A stretch of 64,000 nt of DNA, taken from contig OZ024748.1 of assembly GCA_964016885.1 (NCBI GenBank), positions 14,508,001 to 14,572,000 on the forward strand, given 5' to 3'. Shown here piece after piece: positions 54,140-64,000 of the stretch; positions within the stretch are counted from its first letter, which is position 1, and each line of letters opens with the position of its first letter. The stretch comes from Eledone cirrhosa. Lineage: Eukaryota. Below the pieces are notes generated by a model. It was not told where the DNA came from, made no database searches, and worked only from the letters and a program-made list of their open reading frames with translations. The translations under genes were made by a program, and so were the position numbers.

Positions 54140-55391
54140 GCAGAAGGAAATGAAAGGAAAAATTAATGTGGAATACATGCACAGACTGAGACTTATTCTC
54201 AAATTGAAACTGAATGGATGGAATAAGATGGAAGCTATCAATACACGGGCAGTATCACTCCTTAGATATGGGGCAGGGGTGATCATATGGACAGTGGAAG
54301 AGCTAAATGGTTTAGATCGAAGGACAAGAAAGATATTGACTAGATATTGGGTATTTCAATGAAAGAGCGACACAGGCAGATGATATATACCATGGAAAAG
54401 GGGAGGAAGAGGACTTATAGAGTGCAAAAACAACATTAGAGCAGAAGAATATAACAAGGTGTTATACATAAAAACTTCCACAGAACCACCGTTGCTGGAA
54501 GTAATAAGGTCAAAGATGTGCAAAATAGAAGATTGCAAAGAAAAAACACAGTACAAGCATTTGAAGATGGATGAAACTGAAATAGATGGACAGAAAAAAG
54601 AATGTATGGACAATTCCAGAGAGATGTTGAAAATAGGACAGATAGAGAAAAAGGTGGTTATGGATGGCTAAAAGTGATCTAAAACTGGAAACAGAAGCCT
54701 TAATCTGTGCTGCTCAAGAACAAACACTAAGATCTAACTACATCAAGCATAGTGTAGACCACACAGCTGAAAGTGATAAGTGTATAATTTATAACATGAA
54801 TGGAGAAACTGTATGGCATATTACCAATCAATGCACATCACTAGCTCAGAACAAATATAAGAGATGTTAAGACAACATATACACTTGACAATGCAGAAAA
54901 GTGGTATGAACATAACCCAGAGGGCGTTATCGAAAATGATGATGCAAAAATCCTGTGGGAGTTTGTAATAGAGTGTGACCATGAAATAGAACATAGGAGA
55001 CGAGATATTGTACTAATTGAGAAAGAAAGCAAGCAGTGTTGGATCATAGATATAGCATGTCCAGTTGATAACAAGGTATGCAATAAAGAAGGAAAAATAA
55101 TCAATAGATATTACAGGTTAGCTTGGCAGATTAAGCAGTTGTGGTCACTGAAAATGGTGGTGGTAATACCAATAATAGTTAGAGTCTTGGAAACAGTGAG
55201 TAAAGATCTGGGGAAGAACATTAAACAAATAAGGATTGTAATATGGATGGAAGACTTTAAAAAAAACAGCATTGCTTGGAACAGCTCGAATACTCCAGTA
55301 GGTACTCGAAAAATAAGGGGTGTTACCTCAGTTCACTGGTAGTGAACAGCTTACACTGTAATATATCTCCAGCAATAGAAGCTGAGCGAAG
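54140..55391 (+). mobile_element. R4/Dong-clade non-LTR retrotransposon remnant (RT thumb, zinc knuckle, restriction-like endonuclease) in (TAA)n
   Basis: EY..RLRLILK..LNGWNK..AINT.AVSLLRYGAG..LDRRTRK, GGRGL, LKLETEALICAAQEQ, ETVWHI..C, WYEHNPEGVIEND..KILW..RRRDIVLIEK..IIDIACP, VVIPIIV. Flanked by (AAT)n at 54121-54139 and 55392-55420. Stops and frameshifts present. Confidence 0.9.
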
Positions 55392-55416
55392 AAATAACAA
55401 TAATAATAATGATAAT

Positions 55417-55627
55417 AATTGTTTCTATTTTAGGCACAAGGCCAGCAATTTGAAGGGGAGGAGAAAGTTGATTAAATCGACCCACTGCATTACTGGTACT
55501 TTATTTATAGACCCCTTCAGGATGAAGGGCAAAGCTAACCTCGTTGGAATTTGAAAGTAAAGAGCCATAACTCTATGCCACAAAGCATGGTGTCCAATGC
55601 TCTGCTGATTCAGCCAATCCACCACCC
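55417..55627 (-). mobile_element. 7970-family SINE
   Basis: Reverse-complement match. Shares the (AAT)n tract with the R4/Dong 3' end. Confidence 0.75.
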
Positions 55628-55808
55628 TAATAATAGTAATAATAATACGTTGTTGTCAGCAACTTAGATTGGAAGATTTTAAGTAATATTTGAAATTCTG
55701 TTTTGTATGTTAGCAATTGTAAATATTGAAATGGAAGTGTACAAGTAAACAAAATCATCGCCTTAGTGTTTTCACTTATGTTTAAAGAAAACAGATATCT
55801 ACTGATAC

Positions 55809-55877
<69 letters not shown>

Positions 55878-56048
55878 GAAATGTATTCAGTTGAAAGACA
55901 ACCTTAGTTGATTGTAAGTGACAACCAGTCAATAAGAACGTACATGATGGACTTCCCAATATATGATGAGAAATCTTTGTCTAAAAATATTTTCTATGTT
56001 TAGAAAGAGAAAAGAACTTGCACAGAAATTCTTGTATATTAAACACAG

Positions 56049-56147
<99 letters not shown>

Positions 56148-57142
56148 ATAAGAATGAATATTATCAATAAATAGAATCGGGAAATTTTCCATCAAGCTAC
56201 TTTAGGAAAATAAACCCAAATTACTTTTATGATTTGGAGTCTGTAAGAGGAAGCAAAGGGAATAATTAAGAATGGTTAAGAATGATATTAAATTTTTTTT
56301 CTTTCATCTAATTGAAAATTTACAGCTCACACCTATGCAGGTTTACCTGGCCCCATCTGTTCACATAACTTCACTTTGTTGAAAATAATCTAAAATTGTG
56401 TGTTAATTGTTAAAGAAAGGTATTTGTAAATGTTTAAAACTGAAAAGAAAACCAGAATAATTTCAGTTTATAATTAAAATGTCAAGCAGCTCAGCTGGTT
56501 TCAGTTGGGGATTCAGCTGGATCAATAGGAGACAGTTGCTTCTGACAGGAACTACTGGAAGTAGTACATGAGGATTCTGCCCTCATGACTCTCTCAGTAA
56601 TAAGTAGGTGAAGAAGAAGATAACTAAACTGTTATTTTAAGAACAAACACTTTAATCTATGAGACTAAAAAATAATCATTATCACATGAGCAAAGACTAC
56701 ATTATCTGTATGTTAACATTTTATTGCTCCTCTTGCAAAGGAAAACAGTTATGTTATGAAATTTGTAAAAGCAGATAGAGAGGCTTAGTGTTTAACGTGC
56801 TGGGCTCATAACTGTAAGGTTGTAAGTTTTATTCCTGGAATGTGCATTGTGTCCTTAAGTAAGACTGTGTCCTTAAGTAAGACTGTTTATTTCATAGTGC
56901 TCCAGTCCAAAGATCTGGAAACATTGAGTTGCAATAATATCATATATCGTATGTATATGAGTTGTGAGGACACTGGTGCTAAGTTGTATCATCTGTTGCC
57001 TTTCTCTTGAGCAACAATATTTATAAGCAGTTATCTGGAATAGGTCACAGAACAAAATATTTATAGAGGATAAACTGGGAGGAATCACATTCCGAAATAT
57101 ACATAGGCAGGAAACTGAAGTAAGTTACATTATATAATATTT

Positions 57143-57490
57143 AGGGCAGTGGGTTGGCAATAACAATAGAACATCAGGCAACATACTTTGCGGCACTTAG
57201 TTATGACCCTTTACATTCTGCTTTCAAATCCTGCCGAGGTTAGCTTTGTCTTTCATCCTCGCGGGGTCGATGAAATAAAGTACAAGTTATATACTGGGGT
57301 CGATTTAATCAACTTCCCCCTCATCCCCAAATTTGTTGACCTTGTGCCTGAATCAGAAACTATTTATTTATTGCTCTTTACTTTCTGAGCTCAAATATTG
57401 CCAAGGTCAACTTTGAGTCAATAAAATAAAGTACCAGTAATGCACCGGGATAATTGCTGGCCTTGTGCCAAAAAGTAGAAACAATTATCG
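57143..57490 (+). mobile_element. Two tandem 7970-family SINEs
   Basis: Central block at about 57250 and 57420. Confidence 0.7.
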
Positions 57491-57670
57491 TTGTTATTAT
57501 TATGATGATTTAGACATTTACTGTGATCTTATGTTGCTTACACTTGATTCATATTCATTGAGTCATCGAAGAAGATATCGTTATTATTATTATTATTTTC
57601 ATTTTATTCTTTTGTAATTTTGATTTTTTAACATCAACCAGATCTTTCTTAGGCTTCTCTCTCCCTCTCT

Positions 57671-57702
<32 letters not shown>

Positions 57703-58774
57703 GTAGGAGGTGAGTTTTATTGTAGTACAATAAAGCAATGCAGATATCGGATAAGAAGCACTCTACAGTTTGTAGGACTGGAGTATGTTGATTTAAAACT
57801 GCACTATTCACAAGTGTTTTTTAACCTTCATATCATGTCTTCCTATTTTATCTGATGAAAACACAAATGTTATTGCATGATGATATTTGTTTTTGAAATA
57901 CGCATAATAAAATACATGGAACTCTTTTAACCATCTTTTGATCTTATATATATATATATATATACACATATATATATATATATATATATAATATGCACAT
58001 AACCTATTTGCTATGTGTCTGTAAATGACAAAACCTATACACACACACATACATATATGTATTGTATGTATGCATATGTATTATATGTATGTATGCATAT
58101 GTATGCCACATTTACAATGTGTCTGTAAATGACAAAAGAAATATATATATATATATATGTATATGTGTGTGTGTATGTATATATAACAATGAATATTATT
58201 GTTTACTTGTCTTCTTTCTAAAACATTTTCATGCTACAACACTGCTGAAAATTTCTTCATGAAAATTGAAATTAATTCAATTCAGTCATGTTTAGAGAAG
58301 GCAGAATACATCAGTTGATATTAAAATGCATTAAATGAATTTTACCTGCTGGTGCAAGTTTAGAAAGAAGGCAGTAGTTGAAACCAGCTCTGATTAGGTG
58401 TCTGTTATTGATGATACCCCCCACTGTGTCAATCTGACACAAATCTAAATGTTAATGAGTGCTAATGAGACTATTTTTCTTGTTTTTGAAATAACAAATG
58501 AAATAATTATTAAAATGATTACATTGCAATTTTTTCAACTAAAATAAAATTTCAAGATCAGCATAAACATCTTTAAAAAATCATTTCTTTTAGAATTGTC
58601 TTCATGATTACTTTATCACTTAACCTATTTTCTTACACAGTTATTTGAAAATTAGATTCCTCATTATTATTCTCCTGATCATGTGACCATCAATAATATT
58701 CGAAAGCTGTGAATAAATTTTACATGTTAAAATTATTAAAATGTTTCAAAGAAGGACATGAAATATTTTATACG

Positions 58775-58925
58775 GGTGACTTCTCTCAATTTCCTGCCTA
58801 TAGATGTTATATAAGGTGACATCTCCCAGTCTCCTGCTTATAGATATTATATAACTTCTTCCGACTAACTGCCTATAAGTATTATATAGTCTGACTTCTC
58901 CCACTTTATTGCCTATAAATATTTT
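58775..58925. repeat. About 35-40-bp tandem repeat (4 units)
   Basis: gacttctc....ctgcctatagat.ttatata is repeated. Confidence 0.65.
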
Positions 58926-59436
58926 GTAATGCTGTTACTTCAAATTTCTCCCCTATATTAAATTTCTGATTTAGGCATATCACCAATGAATACAAAAAAA
59001 ACTAGCACAGAAAAAAATGAAAGAATGCAACTGGCACCAGTATTACATCACCAGCAACAAATGAAGTGTGACAAGCAGATAATAATAATAAATAAACGAT
59101 GATGACGACAGTGATGATGATGATGATAAGGATTTCTTTTATAATAATAAAAAAAAAAGATGTAAACATTGTATTTCTTTCTTGGTGCTATACAAATAGA
59201 GAGTCTGGTTGTCAAACTTTTCAGTGTTCAGACAGGCTAGGATATTTTTTTATAATTTATATAAAAGACATAGACATTAGAAATAAAACAAAAAATAGAA
59301 TTACTACTTAAAGTATTTAAGATGACAATATTATAAAAATGTCACCTGAAGTGACGGATGATAAGAAAGAAAGCTGTATATATGTGTATATGTGTCTCTC
59401 TCCCTCTGTGTGTGCTTGTCCATATATATATATACA

Positions 59437-59640
59437 TAGGAACGAGTAGGACCACGACGGCTGAGCTCAAGCCGTTTCGACGGCTAATTCTGGACAGAAT
59501 TAGCCGTCCAGAATTAGCCATCGAAACGGCTTGAGCTCAGCCGTCGGGGTCCTACTCGTTCCTATTACCCACTCTACTACCCTAAGTATTGAGTACTTTG
59601 GTGCGTTATGGTCCACCTGGTTCCTTACCACATTTCCTTC
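59437..59640 (+). mobile_element. Fold-back element with hammerhead 3' half (GAAAC-GGCT..AGCC-GUC) plus unpaired tail
   Basis: Inverted arms 59437-59564, gaaac 59523-59527, gtc 59543-59545. Tail ttacccactctactac...gagtactttggtgcg..tggtccacctggttccttaccaca. In (TA)n. Confidence 0.7.
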
Positions 59641-59742
59641 GTTATATATATACATATATATATATACACATATATATATATATATACACATATATATATA
59701 TATACACACATATATATATATATATATATACACATACACTCA

Positions 59743-59882
59743 CAGACGAACGTTCCGGAAGGACCTGATGGCAGCCAACATCACCTGGCACGGTCTCGAA
59801 AAAGTTGCCGCTGATCATGACCACCAGCGAGTATCAACTGCTCGATGCACCGAACGGCGCAGAAGAATCTAAGACTAAGACT
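59743..59882 (+). mobile_element. RTE LINE extreme 3' end (distinct family, TAAGAC repeats)
   Basis: RRTFRKDLMAANITWHGLEKVAADHDHQR..ARCTERRRRI* followed by taagactaagact. Confidence 0.55.
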
Positions 59883-60146
59883 CACACATACATACAAAGC
59901 TATATATATATATATATGTGTGTGTGTTGGTCTATCTCTCTCTCTCTCTCTGTATTCATACACCCACACATGCACACATGTATGGATAAACTAAGATTAA
60001 ACTATTTCAGTTCACTTAATTTTCACATTTTGTTTGGTTTTCTTACACTCATCTACCATTCTATTTCTTTACTCTCATTCTATCTTCTGATGAAAGAGTA
60101 ATGACCAAAATATTAAGGCTTTCATATTATATCAAGCATTAAACTA

Positions 60147-60208
<62 letters not shown>

Positions 60209-60448
60209 TCTTTATTTCCTACAGGGGCGTACAAAAATGGGGCATTACAAGACGTGATGGCAGGGGTTTTACATATCCCCAATAGGGGGGAACGTTACTG
60301 CAGGGTTGTTTTACACCCTGTGGATAGACCAACCCTTAACACCAGGAACACGTTTTGTAGGTGTTCCTGTCTTCCCTCTGTTTATCTTCCTCAACCTACA
60401 GGTTTATATACAGAGAAGGTCCAATACAATGATATCTATCTATATATG

Positions 60449-60784
60449 TGGAGGCACATGGCTTAGTGGTTAGAGCATTGGACTTGCAATCGAAAGGTTG
60501 TGAGTTCAATTCTCAGACCGGGTGATGTGTTGTTTCCTTGAGCAAGACACTTTATTTCACATTGCTCCAGTTTACTCAGCTGTAGAAATGAGATGAGAGG
60601 GACTGGGGTCCCTATCATTCCACTGCAAAGTGGTCGTGGAGGTGCCACGGCAAAAAAGCACCCAGCACTCACTGTAAATGAGGTTGGTGTTAGGAAGGGC
60701 ATCCAGCTGTAGAAATCAAGCCAGAATCAGCTCCCGTCCCACCCTTGCAAGCAGGGAAAGGTGGACGTAAAAGGAGATGATGAT
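60449..60784 (+). mobile_element. Full-length tRNA-headed SINE with CORE-like segment and RTE-type 3' tail
   Basis: A box tggcttagtggtt, B box gagttcaattc, CORE-like gtttccttgagcaagacacttt. Tail cccgtcccacccttgcaagcagggaaaggtggacgt plus GAT repeats, similar to the LINE end at 6722-6780. Confidence 0.85.
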
Positions 60785-61454
60785 ATATATATAGATAGAT
60801 AGATACATATTATTGTATTGATCTTGTGTATTGTTTTTCTTTTTTACCCACTGGAATGAATACGTGAGGACTATACCCCCATAACCCTCTCAGGAATAAG
60901 TGGGCAAAGAAGAGAAGACTTTTCTCCCTTTCTCTCACACATACACAGGGACTTGGTGGGAGATGGGGTTGTTTAAAATACTCAAGACATGCTACATGTT
61001 ACAACACTGCCTCTACAATTCTATCAAAATTTTTGGCCCCATAGAACAAAATAATTTTAAAATGTTCTTTTTTTTCTTTCAACCAACCCCAACTTTTCTT
61101 CAGTTACATAAAAATGCTTTTTAAGATTTTATTTTATTTTATTATTAGTGAAACTATTTATGTATTATTATATTTTCAATTCTCTATTTTTTTTCCATTG
61201 CTTGTCGTGACAATACCCAGAAAAACTCACACCCACGTTTTTCTCTCACAATCTTTGGAATATGTAGTGTTTAGATGGGAACCAATATCCATTATTGGAT
61301 CTAACTATATAGATTCCCCCATCTTTCATTGGTGTTGTCATTATTATTGTTGTTGTCCTTCTTCTTGTCAGCATTTTTGCTGTTATTTATTATTATTCTT
61401 GTTGTTGTTCTTGTTAGCATTTTTTGTTATTGTTATTATCATCATCATCAGTGT

Positions 61455-61918
61455 GGGGTGATAGGCAGTATCGGTAGAGGGTCGGACGCCATGCTTTGAT
61501 GCATAGAGTTACGACCCTTGCCATTCTGAATTCAAATCCTGCCGAGGTTAACTTTGCCTTTCATCCTTACGGGGTCGATAAAATAAAGTACCAGTAATAC
61601 ACTGGCATAATTGCTGGCCTTGTGCCAGAATTAGAAACAGTTATTATCCTCATCATCATTTTTATTATCATTAATATTAATAGTATTTTTATTTATTGTT
61701 ATTATTATTATTAGTAGTAATATCATTATTATTGTCTGGGAGTATCGGTAAGGGTTGGACGCCATGCTTTGAAGCATAGAGTTACCTCCCTTTATGATCT
61801 GAGTTCAAATCCCGCCGAGGTTAACTTTGCCTTTCATCCTTACGGGGTCTATAAAATAAAGTACCAGTAATGCACTGGAATAATTGCTGGCCTTGTGCCA
61901 AAAATAGAAACAATTATT
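61455..61918 (+). mobile_element. Two 7970-family SINEs separated by (ATT)-rich DNA
   Basis: Copies at 61455-61645 and 61738-61918 are near-identical to 8469-8656. Confidence 0.85.
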
Positions 61919-62450
61919 GTCTAGAAAGAGAGACACAGAGAGCTTTTTCTGTTTGACTTTCAGGAGGTATTTTTATGTTCACTTTGTGTGGCTAAACTTT
62001 TAGCAAAAGAAATCAGCAAAGAGGGGGATAAATTCAATAGCTTACACTACACAAACTTTATATATTTTAGATATTTTCTATTCTATCTCTCTGGTCTTGT
62101 TTACAAAGAAAGAAGTAATAAATAGAAAAACTAATATAGATTTTTTTACATATGGTTTTTTGGTTTATTTATATTTTTATACTTTTTCAATTGAAATGGA
62201 AGGAAGCAAGCTGGGCAAAAATTGTTATCTGAACAATGCTCAATGGAACAGACACTTTTCATTCCAATTGCTGCTATCATATTGCAAGGGAATATATATA
62301 TATATTTATATTGCATATGTTGTATACGTTAGAGGATATATATATATATACTTTATTTATAGTATATATATATCCTCTAACATATACAACATATGCAATA
62401 TAAATATATATATATTCCCTTGCAATATATATATATATAAGTATGTATAC

Positions 62451-62522
<72 letters not shown>

Positions 62523-62655
62523 ATGAGATAATATATATTTTATTGGTATATATATTTATATATTATTCGTGTATATTATATACAATAGAGAATATATACA
62601 TATGCTCTATAAATTATATTGATATGTACATGTATATATATATTGTGTTTATACA

Positions 62656-62700
<45 letters not shown>

Positions 62701-63499
62701 ATGTATATAAACAAACTCTATCAACAACATAAATATATTGCGTAATCTCAAATTACAAGAGACACGCCATATAAAATATTTAGTTAAAACAAAACATACG
62801 TTAGAATTTAAATCAATACACAATACAGTATAATAACAATTATAAAAACTAACCTACTATACTAGCATGGAGTCTACAAACTTCATGAAGCTGCAATTGT
62901 CCGCATTTCTTGTTTTATATTATGTAGCTATCTATAATCATATATGAATGAACAAGACAGTTGACTAAAAAAGGGCTACAATAATGTGTGTATGAACACA
63001 TAACTCCACGTGATGGTGTCATAGGGGCATTTTAACATGGCAGAGTCCATCCCCTAGCTAGGTCTAAATGCTGTTGACTTTTTCTTTCAAAGATGTAGAG
63101 GGAGAGTGATACAGAGGAGGTGAGAAAGAGATATCGGGGAAAGTAGGGGCATTTTAACATGACAGGACTCATCCCCTCTCCAGATCTAAATGTTATTGAT
63201 TTTTTTTTTTCAGAGGAGTACTGGGAGTGATCAGAGTTAGAGAATGTGAGAAAGAGATATAGGGAAAGAACTGACCCCAGTAGTGAATTGGTACTTTTTT
63301 TTATCAACAGCAAAATAGCTGGAACAAATACTACAAAGCATTCTATCCAAAATTCTAATGGATTTGTCAGTTTGCTGCCTACCACAATAATGGTCAATCA
63401 CTATAAATAATAGTTGAGAAAATCAACTGGATATTAAGAAGAGTAGACACATGTGCAGGCAAGGAATCAAATCCCATCTCATTCCAGAGTAACAGGTTT

Positions 63500-63905
63500 A
63501 ACCTATAGAACAATTTGAACAGTTCTAAGACCAATCAGAATAAATGTGACAGTACTAAGACATGTGAGAAGATTTAGAACAGAACTAAAAGCAACCACAA
63601 CATTTAAAACAGTATTAAAACCAACCAGAATATTTAAAACAGTGCCAAGACCAACCAGAATATTTAAAACAGTACTAAGACCTATAGAACAATTAGGACT
63701 GTATTAAGACCAACCAGATCAATTAGAAGAGGATGAAGATCTACTAGACAATTAACAACAGTCCTAAGACCTATAAAACAATCAGAATAGTACTTAGACT
63801 CATGAAAATAATCACAACACTTCTAAAACCAATCAGATCAATTATATCAGTACTAAGACAACCCAATCAATTATAACAGTACTGAAACTAACCAGCTCAA
63901 TTAGA
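63500..63905. repeat. About 29-bp minisatellite
   Basis: Unit like agaatatttaaaacagtactaagaccaacc repeated more than 10 times with divergence. Confidence 0.75.
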
Positions 63906-64000
63906 GCTGAGAAATCAATAATTGGTTTAACACTAATAAGATACAAAAATACAATTATATAAATATTATAATTGCTGCTGAGATCAAAGATCAAAGAGTC

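Noticed and set aside
58347-58434. Possible minus-strand exon (IDTVGGIINNRHLIRAGFNYCLLSKLAPA)
   Set aside because: Weak donor (GTAAAA), phase incompatible with direct joining to the TSP1 exon, and no domain similarity.
60449-60520. tRNA-like sequence with A and B boxes
   Set aside because: It runs directly into a SINE body and lacks a proper acceptor stem, so it is a SINE head and not a tRNA gene.

Overview
This is a very AT-rich, microsatellite-saturated eukaryotic window. The repeat content is most consistent with a cephalopod (Octopus-like) genome, which is an inference and not a database result. Almost all of it is intron-like DNA made of tRNA-headed SINEs of several modular families, 5'-truncated RTE LINE remnants, two R4/Dong-type retrotransposon remnants sitting at (TAA)n, MITE-like elements, minisatellites and microsatellites. 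Only one host exon is well supported: a 107-nt minus-strand exon (15984-16090) encoding part of a thrombospondin type-1 repeat (THSD7/ADAMTS-like gene with very long introns). The most striking unexplained structure is a set of about nine short non-coding fold-back (head-to-head palindromic) elements from roughly seven mutually unrelated sequence families, nearly all next to (TA)n or (TAA)n. Their arms carry minimal type I hammerhead ribozyme motifs (CUGAnGA-stem II-GAAA-short stem III-UH, long stem I), so intact copies encode a ribozyme on both strands. Most are followed on one side by an unpaired tail with a shared RCTCT...GAGYRCTC signature. This fits non-autonomous Penelope-like inverted pLTR-plus-tail remnants or retrozyme-like elements. 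Coordinates of degenerate repeats are approximate (about +/-10 nt).
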